Shown: positions 46,950 to 58,639 of the stretch, in pieces
How the letters are laid out: every line of letters begins with the position of its first letter
Numbering within the stretch: position 1 is the first letter of the stretch
NCBI RefSeq assembly: GCF_006345805.1
Contig: NC_042997.1
Location: 95,666,001 to 95,730,000 of the forward strand
Direction: 5' to 3'
Length of the DNA: 64,000 nucleotides
Source of the DNA: Octopus sinensis
Taxonomy: Eukaryota
Program-made: the position numbers and the translations under genes
Notes under the pieces: generated by a model
What the model saw: only the letters and a program-made list of their open reading frames with translations
Databases searched by the model: none
Told to the model about the DNA's origin: nothing

Positions 46950-47405
46950 TTCTTTCAATTTTGTTTCGATTTCTTGTCGAGTGTCTTCCCGTCACCTGGG
47001 GAAAAGAAGCTCACTGCATATACTGGTAGGCCATTACAATAAAGACACCAGATTTGTCCTTTACAAAGTCATGTGATAGAAAAAAGGGAAGAAAGACAGA
47101 GAGAAAAAAGAAAGAAGGAAAACAGAAAGAATGAAAACAAGAAAATAAAGAAAATGATAGGGAAAGGGAAAGAAATTCAGTGTCAATGCTCTTCTCAATA
47201 CGTGTGACGTACCAGTTAAGACAATATTTTACACTTCCTGCAGTGAGCCAGGGATCATGCTCAAATCATTTTCACTTCTTTTTTTCATCATTCCAAGTGC
47301 TCCTACAGTCACTGGTATTTTAACCCTCTTGACATGCCACAATGCTTGGTACCCTATAATAGTTCCCTACATCCTTTTTGCTTCCTTGGTAATATTCCTA
47401 GGCAA
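46950..47405 (-). mobile_element. R4/Dong-type LINE extreme 3' end plus UTR
   Basis: Minus strand: LWHVKRVKIPVTVGALGMMKK...IPGSLQEV...VLTGTSHVLRRAL, then a UTR ending at the microsatellite. Confidence 0.75.
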
Positions 47406-47416
47406 TACACTCTCAC

Positions 47417-47699
47417 GGACGCATGGCCAAGTAGTTACGGTGCTGTTCTCACGATTGCGAGATGGTGGTTTCAAATCCTAGGCCGGGTGGTGCGTTGTAT
47501 TCTTATGCAAAACACCTCATCTCACGTCACTCTGCGACCACGTCGACAGCTGACGCGTGGTACAGTACACCTTTTGAGACAATAATGGTTTGATGGAGGG
47601 AGTGAGCCAATGCACTGTATGAACATTTGATCAGTATAAACCAATCATATCCGCCGGTCGTTGAACATTCATACGTCTTCTTCGATGGGAGAATCAATC

Positions 47700-47700
<1 letters not shown>
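47417..47700 (+). mobile_element. tRNA-derived SINE, family D (V/Meta-like core), diverged
   Basis: ggacgcatggccaagtagtta (A box)...ggtttcaaatcc (B box)...gcgttgtattcttatgcaaaacacctcatctcac; related to 49225. Confidence 0.7.
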
Positions 47701-47731
<31 letters not shown>

Positions 47732-49224
47732 TTTTGCCACTGATGAGAGAATAGCGCCTATGTACTTTCTGAGTAGTCTTTGTCATCTGAGATACAATTT
47801 CTGTAGATTGATGAATGTAAGAAAAAAATATGAGTAGAAAATGAATTGAACGTCTGGAAATAATGATTTGCAAAATTGTTTAGTACGTCTGCATGGGTGT
47901 ATCTTCTTTGCCATAAACAGTAGAAGTAATGAAAGGAGAGGCATATGCATTCACTGTGCCTCGTTGAGACGCTTATTGTGTACCAGCTATGTTGAATATT
48001 TCAGTAAAAGCCTCTTTAAAGAAATAAGCAGCAAAACAACTAATTTTTCACACAAACACATTCATGGAAATATCTAAAATACTAATGTTAACTGCCAAAA
48101 GTAATTCATTTTCATAAAAATGTTATTAACGTCAGTATTTTTACGAAAACATTTACATATACTTAAAAATTAACAGACAAAATTTAGCTTGTATGGTAGT
48201 TCCGTTTGTATATCAGAAATATCCTAAGTTTTTTATAGTTATTTTTTTTGTTTATTATATTACTACCAGAATACCAATACTCACAGACGACAGAGTAAGA
48301 GACGAAAACACTATATTATTCACGTTTCAGGTTTCCGTGATCAAGTAAAGGTAGTGTTACACAAAACTCTACATGTGCCAGGATGGTCATCTACGGGTTT
48401 AATTAAGTATTGAGATATAACATTACTTCCCCCTAAATGCATATCTATCCAGCTTAATGGAATAAATGTGCATTGGTGAATGTAATCATAGAAATGCAGA
48501 ATAATGTCGCCTGAAAAACCTTTCATAAATGACTCGTTAGATTAGTAATGTGTGAGCAATAAACAATGACCAGCATATATTACTCTAATAGGAATTCTTT
48601 AAAAACAGTACTTGCTACTTTTACTGAAACAGGAAGACACTATATATTTAAGTTCCTCTACTGGCGTTACCTCTATCATTTTAAATATTTTTTGCAGTTG
48701 AATTAAAAACGAAAACAACGGTAACCTACATTTCTCTGATTTCGTATTCCTCATGGAAAAGTATGCGAAATTTGAATTTTGGCCATGCGTGACCGTATAT
48801 ATTGTTCATTATGACCAATTGGAACTTTCTGAGCGTGTGATTGAGAACCTCTTTTCAAAAGATATCTATCCTCAAACTTGGCATTAACCAAAATCCTCAA
48901 ATCACAATTACTCCAGTGCATAAATCGCAGATATCATGATAATGTACGTACAGGAGAAACTACATATCGTAACTATCAAACACCTACACTACGACAGTGA
49001 GATAAGCATAATAATGCTTTCGGTTACTGCACGAAGTGTCCTCGCCTTAAAATTTTGTTTCATATTCTTACTTCACCTTTTGCAAAGAATGCTAATAGAT
49101 ATTCTGAATGCTTATGTACGTAAATTATCAACACCTGTTAAGGCTCTCTTTGCAGTGCATCTCCCGTCAAAGGGTCACGAAACTTGCAAGCGTCAACGGT
49201 GATCCAATATTGTGAATATATGTG

Positions 49225-49372
49225 GCGACGCGTGACTTAGAGTTTATAGTGATGGATTAGTGATCACAAGATTATGGTTCCGATTCCTCGACTTGGCCAT
49301 GCATTGTGTTTTTGAGCAAAGCATTTAACTTCATGTTGCTCTAGGTTATTCAGCAAGGAGAATCAAGTAATA
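49225..49372 (+). mobile_element. SINE family D head, diverged
   Basis: gacgcgtgacttagagttta...ggttccgattcct...gcattgtgtttttgagcaaagcatttaacttcatgttgctct. Confidence 0.6.
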
Positions 49373-49676
49373 TTGGTGATCAGGAAGTGTCACCGGAACG
49401 AGATCTCGCGAGCCACATTTCGTATTCAGCCATCGAAATGATGAATACTACGACCGAACCCGGTACCAAGGTTGAAAGTTTTTGAAGTCGGTCGACAGGT
49501 TGAAGTTGGTTGTTTAACCACGTAGTAGGATGCTGCTGAACCTGATGATGTAATTGTTACAATTATCACATACTGAACGAAGTAAAAAGAATACAATATC
49601 TTAGGTAGAATAGATTCATTTTCTGTAATAGTGGTTTTAAAATCTGATGTTTAAAAGTACGCCCATTTTCAATATC

Positions 49677-49755
<79 letters not shown>

Positions 49756-49811
49756 ACTTCATCTACCTATCTACACATACATACATGCATACATTCATAC
49801 ATACATACACA

Positions 49812-49870
<59 letters not shown>

Positions 49871-49893
49871 TATATATGTATATATATATGTAT

Positions 49894-49925
<32 letters not shown>

Positions 49926-50848
49926 GCATAAATATATAAATATATATATATGTATGTATGTATGTATGTATATATGCGTATATAGAGAGACACATAAACA
50001 TCTGAGAATATGTACATATATGTATAAGTGTATGCATGTGTGTACTTATGCATAGAGAATGGCATTTCTTGTAAACATCATAATACGATAAGATTGTTTT
50101 AAGTTCTATCATTTCAAGTTTAAGTGCTTCTGTGTATTTCCATATTGGCATTTTGAGTATATTTTAAAATAAGAACATTCCTCTATACATCAAAGACTTC
50201 AGATATTCGATGTATATTTCTTATATGAAACGGTAGTTAATGGCGTTTCATATTGCGAGTGTTGGGGGACTCTTTTTTTTTTTTTGTTTTATACAACGGT
50301 CTTGAAGATAAGGCGGCAATAACAAACAGCATTAACAGCTACCTTATTGAGAATATAAGAATGAAAATGACAGAAAGCGTGCATGGATCTAGAAATATTT
50401 TCATTTATTTATTTTCTTAATAGAAGTCTTCCTAAAAGGAAGGAAATTGTTTCTGACAAAGAAACGAAACTACATCTCTGACATTTGGATAAAAAGGAAC
50501 AAGTGTTCATGTACCTTCCCCTTACTGACTATATATGTATAGAGTATGTTAAACGGTATCTTTCTTTGCCTGAAATTAAAAGGAAAAATGAAAATCCATG
50601 TTGTCACTTAGTCATATACTAACATTACCAAATGCTCCAATAATTGTTGATCCGACTATAGGTTTCTAATCCAGGTAAAGAACCTGCAGTTTTCGAAAGA
50701 GCTATCCTAATGATTTCACTTACCTTTCATTTTGAAAGAGATATTCACACCTATATTTATTAATACATACTTACACATATATGCATATGTACGAGCATAT
50801 ATATTACATGTGTGTGTGTGTTTGTGCGCATGCGTGCGAATGTATATA

Positions 50849-50912
<64 letters not shown>

Positions 50913-50959
50913 AAGTTTGAAAACGCCACTATATAAGATAAATTTTAATTTTCTTAGAA

Positions 50960-51008
50960 ATTTTACATGTTTCGGTTCTTCTTGAAAAAACGAACCTTAT
51001 CAAAAATA
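50960..51008 (-). ncRNA. Type I minimal hammerhead ribozyme, U3-A8 variant
   Basis: Minus strand: ATTT-TTGATAA-GGTTC-gttttttcaagaa-GAACC-GAAAC-AT-GTA-AAAT. Confidence 0.7.
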
Positions 51009-51737
51009 TTTTTAAAAGTTAAGTATAATAAAAAACTTCATAATTGTTTCTTACTGGTCTCAACAGAATCTACGTTGTTGTTTTTAGCTCTCTGATGTGC
51101 CCGAATGATCAGCGGCTGAAATGGCAGTGGCAGCAGTGACTGTTGGTCGTAGTAGTAGTAACCGTGGTGGTGGTTGGGGTTGCAGCAGCTCATTGGTTGT
51201 AGTAGCTTAGCTGTGGCAGTAGCAGCAGCAGCAGTAGTGGGGGACTGTTGATCGTAGTAGAAATAGTAGTGACCATGGTGGTTGTAGTAGTAGTGATAGT
51301 AGCAGCAGTCGTGGTGGTTGTGGTAGAATTTCATTTTTTCTTTTCGGAAGACCAATGTATTGTTTTAATATTACTGGCTCAGGGTGTCCAACAGCTTACG
51401 AAAGAGGATGGCGGTGCATAAATCCCAAATTAGAAATCCTGAATAGAGGAAACTACCAGTCAGCGGACACATAGATAGATGTGCTTCAAATAAAAATCCC
51501 AAATTCACAACTTGCCCACTTTACAAATTCAGTGAGAGCGTAACCTTCACTCAACGCCAAAATAAAGAACTTTATTTCATTAGAAAATTCGGACCACGTT
51601 TGAACACCCTGGGCCAGTAATATTAAAACAATACATTGGCCTTTCCGAAAAGAAAAATTCTATTCTACCACAACCTTCACGACTGCTGCTACTATCACTT
51701 TCTTTTAACTTTTTTATTACACTTAACTTTTAAAAAT

Positions 51738-51784
51738 ATTTTTGATAAGGTTCGTTTTTTCAAGAAGACCGAAACATGTAAAAT
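51738..51784 (+). ncRNA. Type I minimal hammerhead ribozyme, U3-A8 variant
   Basis: ATTT-TTGATAA-GGTtc...gaagACC-GAAAC-AT-GTA-AAAT; helix II is slightly degenerate. Confidence 0.65.
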
Positions 51785-51885
51785 TTCTAAGAAAATTAAA
51801 ATTTATCTTATATAATGGCGTTTTCAAACTTCTTTTTTATAAATATATACCCACTCGTATACGATCTACACTTATTATAAATATA

Positions 51886-51923
<38 letters not shown>

Positions 51924-52135
51924 TGGGTATCGTTTAGCGGAGTTTAATACCTCTAAGGGACAATTAAATGCAGAGTCGCTCCTGTTTATTTCCTGGGTAA
52001 GTACATTCTTTTGTAAGGTTGTACGGTAGCAGGTAGTTTGGTTGTTAAATCGAATTATATTTGGTATCCAATGAATTAAAGATATACCAACGAAAATCAC
52101 GAGCTTCCTAATGTTATTATTTCCATTTTCTTCTC

Positions 52136-52265
<130 letters not shown>

Positions 52266-53775
52266 AGTGAAAGAGAGAGAGAGGGATAAGTATGTATGTA
52301 TTTTATTTTCTCTTAATTCAAAGTAAATTTTGACTGGACACCTGCTTGGTGTCAATGAGGTAAAGGAACGTATCTTCTTTTACTCCTTATCCTTTAAACC
52401 CACAAGAAGGTCTTGCAGATTTTTATCGTGATCAAAAGTAATGTATGAAGTAACGATTTGCATTCTCTCCCCAAGATCCCAAGTTCAATCATATTTTGCT
52501 CCAGACGACTTGGTATGTATGCGGTTGCTCCAATATTAATAATAGCTATGACGCTGAAAGTGTATCTTGGGCACAGGATTTTACAGATTCCTTGTCAAAG
52601 GTTCACAAGTGTCCTCTTTCTCTTGTATTTTTCTATGTATGTATGTGTGCATCCTATCGTAATCATAGGATACATGGGAAACGTGCTTTAATGCCTGTGA
52701 ACCTCTGAGTTTATCCCTGCGTATACCATTAGGTAACTATCTCCATTCACATATATACAACTCTCATTTATTTCGTTTTACGTTTCTTTATTTCTCTTTG
52801 TTTAAAAATTCCCCCTAGACACATGCTTATGCACACATACATATACATACTTATAGATTCAATAGATGCAAAATGAGACATCTGAAATAACCACTTCCAA
52901 AACACTCACTTTTCAAAACAGAAGAAAATAAATCGTTTTATTCTTATTTATTTTATTATTCGGAAAATATTCAGCTACATGTATATTTTGTGTAAAAGGG
53001 ATTTAAGGAGTAGGGGTCGAGAATTTACTGAAGTGAATGGCAAATTCCTTTTCTATGGAGTCACTTATATTCAAATAATATTGTTGTTATTAAAAAAGAT
53101 ATTTATCCGTAAGACTTTTGCACAAGATACGCAACCGATGTTAGCACAATGTTACCTACATTTCCAAATGCAAACAGTTCCCAAATAAAGCATAAAGAGA
53201 GAAAGAATAAGAGATATAAGAAAGGAAAGGAAATAAAGGGAAGAAAGGTGCCGGAGGGGTAAAAGAGCGGAAGAAGGAAGAAGAGGGATATATGGGCAAC
53301 ATATCTCAGAATAAACTGTGTGCTCAGGCGTTCCCTGCAGCAATGGCTTCTTTGGTTTTGCAACGGAGAATGGTCACTCACTACAGCAGCCACTCAACTT
53401 CTCGGGTCTCATTTCCCAGACACATCGTCGTTATCTTTATCTTGCTTGGGAAATCGACAGTACCAGGTCCTAGACTACTTGACGTCTCGACAGTGACCGG
53501 CACAATTTTATAGCAGCCGGCCAGGCCTCCATATTTACTGATCTTTCTCACCTCTGCGTTACGGGTGGTAACACGGGTTTGCAGCTGATGCTGCCAGATT
53601 CACATAAAGCAAAGTCAACTCTAGATTTTTAAAGTAACTTATCTATATGTTAAAATATATATAATTTTCTATAAGGAATTATTATGTTCAATGCATGAAA
53701 GAAACGAAAGCGCTAAATAAATAGTTTGTTATCCAAATCCTGACTACCAACTTTGTCTTAATATATAAAATCTGA

Positions 53776-53945
53776 AGGCGGCGAGCTGGCAGAAATGTTT
53801 GCACTCCAGGCGAAATGCTTAGGACGACTTTGCCTTTCATCCTTTCGGAGTCGATAAATTATGTACCAGTTGAGTTCTAGGGCCGATCTAATCGACTAAC
53901 TCCTCCCCACAAATTTCGAGCCTTGTGCCTAGAGTAGAAATGAAT
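53776..53945 (+). mobile_element. SINE family A with internal deletion
   Basis: aggcggcgagctggcagaaatg...gactttgcctttcatcctttcggagtcgataaattatgtaccag...ccttgtgcctagagtagaaa. Confidence 0.88.
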
Positions 53946-54092
53946 ATGTAAAATATGTACACCACTTCAAACCTTCTTTGTATGTGTATTTATGTATTTG
54001 TGTGTTTGTGTGTGTGTATGTGTGCGTGTGTGCGCGTGTGTATGTATGTATGTATGTATGTATGTATGTATGTATGTGTATATATGTATGTG

Positions 54093-54124
<32 letters not shown>

Positions 54125-54129
54125 AATAT

Positions 54130-54236
54130 TAATTAGAGACAAAACCACTATTATGCAAATCAAACAAAGAAAGACTTAATCCATACATAAAAAATTTTAT
54201 ATAAATTAATAAATTAATATATATATATAATATATA

Positions 54237-54285
<49 letters not shown>

Positions 54286-55715
54286 TTATAATAGAGTAGA
54301 TCGTATACGAGTGGGTATATATTTGTAAAAAAGAAGTTGAAAACGCCACTATATCAGATAAATTTTAATTTTCTTCTGAATTTTACGTTTCGGTTCTTGA
54401 AAAAACGAACCTTATCAAAAATATTATAAAAAGTGCAATGGAAAAGTTCATAATCGTTTCTTACTGGTCTCAATAGAATCCATGTTCTTGAAAAAACGAA
54501 CCTTATCAAATATATTATAAAAAGTGCAATAGAAAAGTTCATAATCGTTTCTTACTGGTCTCAATAGAATCCATGTGGTGGTGTTTTGTCGGTAGTTGGT
54601 ATAATCGCTATATTACTGTTGAGTGTATTGAAGAAGTCCATTATTGTTTCTTGCTGGTATCAAAAGGAACCGCTTTTTTGTTTCCTTGTGTTCCAATGGT
54701 AGCAACAGTAGTGATTGTTGGTTGTAGTAGTAGTAACCTGTGGCTGTTATTGTTGGTCGTAATTTTGGCAACCTTGGTGGTGGTTGGGGCTGTAGCAGTT
54801 AAGCTGTGGCCGTGGCAACAGCAGCAGTAGTAGAGGACTGTTGATCGTAGCAGCAATAGTGGTCTGTTCACTGGCACTGTTCACTGACGTCACATAATTC
54901 CAACCCAATCATAACCAAACTTCAACGAATACAAGGAAAAGACCCATAACTGTATCCTGTAAGGAAACCAACCAAGCAGAACGACAAGCTTGACCACGGA
55001 AGAAAAACGTCATCAATTTTTTAACGAATCACAATCAGATCTGCTCGCAAAAAAATTTTTTTTTATAAATTCATCTTTCCCTAAAACATACCACTGCAAG
55101 CGGGAGTGACTGTTTAAAGATCTGAGAAATTGTAATTCCCCCCACCACCACCCTTTTTTTACTATTTTAATTCTCACACTGTGGCCGTAGCAGCAGAGGG
55201 CTGTTGATCGTAGCAGCAATAGTAGTGACCACGGTGGTTGTAGTAGTAGTGCTAGTGGAAGCAGTCGTAGTGGTCGTGGTGGTTGTGGTAGCAATTGATT
55301 CATCATCTATTTGTTTGCCATGAAATTCCTCGGTAAGTCTTAGTTTCCTACAAAATTCCGAAATATCATCTTTCATTTCATAGTAATTGGAACGTTGTGG
55401 GGTTGATGTAATTTTAAGTCCTTTGGAGAGTATGCTTATTTCTCTATTGAGAACAGTAAGAAACGATTATGAACTTTTCTATTGCACTTTTTATAATATA
55501 TTTGATAAGGTTCGTTTTTTCAAGAACATGGATTCTATTGAGACCAGTAAGAAACGATTATGAACTTTTCCATTGCACTTTTTATAATATTTTTGATAAG
55601 GTTCGTTTTTTCAAGAACCGAAACATGTAAAATTCGGAAGAAAATTACAATTTATCTAATATAGTGGCGTTTTCAAACTTCTTCTTTACAAATATATATA
55701 TATATATATATTTAT
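54130..55715 (-). mobile_element. Internally deleted Penelope-like element with inverted pseudo-LTRs (same family as 50910-51880)
   Basis: Arms 54320-54575 and 55442-55715 are reverse complements. Minus strand 55447-55295 gives NREISILSKGLKITSTPQ...EMKDDISEFCRKLRLTEEF (the PLE N-terminal LSKGLKFxPTP...FxRxLRL motif). Confidence 0.9.
55589..55633 (+). ncRNA. Type I minimal hammerhead ribozyme, U3-A8 variant (best-preserved copy)
   Basis: ATTT(55589)-TTGATAA(55593-99)-GGTTC-gttttttcaa-GAACC-GAAAC(55620-24)-AT-GTA(55627-29)-AAAT. Confidence 0.72.
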
Positions 55716-56477
55716 ATACACCCGACGGGATTAACTCAGTGTGCTTGGTAAGCAAATTTCTTATCTCAAAGCCACTCCCACGTGTCTGTGTGTGTGTATG
55801 TATATACACACACATATATATACAGCGATAGGAAATGAAAGATATATACATAGAAAAATATTTAGTGGATAGGCAGAACGATAAGCATACAAATATATGT
55901 AAACGTATGGTGCGTTTGTGTGTATATATGTGTGCATCTGTGTATATATATGTATATTATATATATATATATATATATAATATATATATGTGTGTGTTGT
56001 GTGTGTGTGTGTGTGAATATGCCCGTGTGTGCGTATGTGTGCGTGCGTGCGTGTGTGCGTGCGTGGAACAAAAACTCTTATAACATCGTATTAAAAAACC
56101 AAATGACAGTTTTCAAGTTCTATCTCCATATATCAGTTTCGGTTTTTGCATACTTCCTACTAAGTTCCAGTAAACAGCAAGGTCTCTAGGTATTCTTGAT
56201 AACATTACTTACCTTTAAAAATGTATTAATGTCATTCGTTATTGCCAACTTTATGTATTACTATTTTTTTTTTGTTGATCAACATTCATGGGCTAATGTG
56301 ACTATAACAAATACCATTAACGTCTTTATCAGTCATAAGATAAAACAGAATGTCTGGAAGTGTTTTCCGATTTGTGACAATGAAGAGAATGATACGAGAA
56401 AGTACCAAACAATATCATAATACCAACATCCTATACAGACAGATAATTCAACGGTTTGATGATAGCTAGATGATGGT

Positions 56478-56486
56478 AGATAGATG

Positions 56487-56573
<87 letters not shown>

Positions 56574-56589
56574 GTACGGACGGACGGAC

Positions 56590-56679
<90 letters not shown>

Positions 56680-56680
56680 C
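56478..56680. repeat. (GATA)n/(GACA)n/(GGAC)n microsatellite
   Basis: Directly visible. Confidence 0.97.
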
Positions 56681-57108
56681 CAGACAGATAGGCACACACA
56701 TACATAATTTGACAGGCAAATTCATAGACAGAAGGAAGGAGAAAAAGTTAAGTAGGGAGGTAGTTGGATGGCATTTAAGGAAGGACAATTTTCAATTTCA
56801 ATGTTTGAAATTGCGTCTTTCATTATTTCTTTCATGGCCTTTCATATTCACTTTGAAATAATGAACATCATATATTATCAAGTGCATTGCACTTCCTGGA
56901 ATATGTTGATGGCCTTTTTTTATCTATCCTTTTCTTTATTTCAAGAAACGTAAAGACGTATATAATACACACGTGCATGCACAGACACACACACACATGT
57001 GTATCTATATCCATACATATATATAGACGTCTTATACATAGAGATATACATGCATATATACAATATCTAATCTTGTTTGTATATGCGTATATATGAATGT
57101 ATATATAT

Positions 57109-57158
<50 letters not shown>

Positions 57159-57241
57159 TATGCATACACATATGTATACACACATATATATACATGTGTA
57201 TGTATATGTATATGTGCGTGTGTTTGTTTGTACTTGTATGC

Positions 57242-57284
<43 letters not shown>

Positions 57285-57636
57285 TATATATATTAATACA
57301 GAGTGAGAGAGAGAGGGATACAGAGACACAGTGAGAAAACGAAAGTGAGAGAAACAAATTCAAAATGAACTGAAGGAAATTACTTTAGTTCTTCATATCG
57401 TATCATAATTAATCACGTGGATAACATCGCTCAAAACTTTCCAACAACTACACCAGCAACAGAAACAATAAAATTAGACCTAGCACACCAGTAATAGCAC
57501 CTGTAACGACGATCACAGTAACAAAGTCTTCTAAGCCACCCCAGAAGAAATGACTAAATACCATCATCATCGACAACGTCATTACTTCTACCATCATCTT
57601 CGACTAGCACGAAAACTACAACCTCTTCTTCTTTTT

Positions 57637-57691
<55 letters not shown>

Positions 57692-57740
57692 ACCACCACC
57701 ACCACCACCACCACCACCACCACCACTACTACTACTACTA
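57637..57740. repeat. (CTA)n-(CCA)n microsatellite
   Basis: Directly visible. Confidence 0.97.
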
Positions 57741-58639
57741 GAGCTATGACATCTCTCATTAACAAGCTACAAACGCATCTTTCATCCTCCGTTTTTGACT
57801 AATCTCACTCATGCCTACTTTTTTTCTCTCCAACCCCCAAATACATCAATGTCATCGAATTCAACCAAATCTATACCTGAAACAACAACTCACTACTCCT
57901 TCAAACACATTTAGAACGAAATCTAAAAATAATGCCACCATGTTTTACGCGCGAATCTATACACATACCTTTACTGCAATTTTATTCATCTACAATTGAC
58001 AAGACGCTCAATTAATAAAAGCAAACCCAACTGTCTATCTTCTGCTACAGCAGCACCAACACCAAAATTAAAATCAATTCCTAAACCTAAATTCTGCTAG
58101 TACTTATGTCTACAGCAAAATTGTCAAGCAACCAATAAAATTGGCAGTGTAACCACAACTTCTGCCATGAAGTTCTTTTTTGTTCATACAAAACCCAGAA
58201 AAAAAGATTCCAAAATGTATCTTGGCTATCACATAATACTACACCCTGTCACTACCTTAATGCAGAAACTACCCTCCTCGCTGCCAATAAGCCGAACGCC
58301 TCTTTCGAACAATGCTCCAGTCTCAACATTTTTGCTGAATGAAGGAGGCATCAGTCCATCCTTCAGTTCAAGAAGATGGAAGGTTCAGTTCTTTGAACAC
58401 TGAGTTCGCCACCACCTTTCTCATGTGCCTTTCTTTGTTCTTACTGAGATTCACCTTCACAACCCTCGGGAATTATACCACAATTCGTGCAGACAGCGCC
58501 GATATAAAGGAATTAATTACTATTTTCTTGCGCGAGCCATTTACCGCATATACAAAGGTCTCATTCGCCAATGGATACTGTGTCAGTGTCTGTTTATAAC
58601 GAAACTAATGATTTAGTAATAATTCGGTCCAACCCTACT

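Larger units (their letters stand above)
50910..51880 (+). mobile_element. 5'-truncated Penelope-like element: inverted pseudo-LTR, GIY-YIG C-terminus, sense pseudo-LTR
   Basis: 51396-51620 translates to LRKRMAVHKSQIRNPE*RKLPVSGHIDRC...QRQNKELYFIRKFGPRLNTLGQ* (R..H, E and LN motifs of the PLE GIY-YIG nuclease). 50910-51035 and 51290-51390 are reverse complements of 51705-51835 and 51600-51700. Confidence 0.92.

Noticed and set aside
55530-55565. Second hammerhead-like string ctattga-gaccagtaa-gaaac-gatta (ctgttga in the 51040-51070 copy)
   Set aside because: Helix II cannot pair, the core is altered, and there is no GUH triplet or matching helix I.
57730-58630. Possible 5' part of the RTE element or a separate LINE fragment
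   Set aside because: No recognisable protein motif could be read on either strand; left unassigned.
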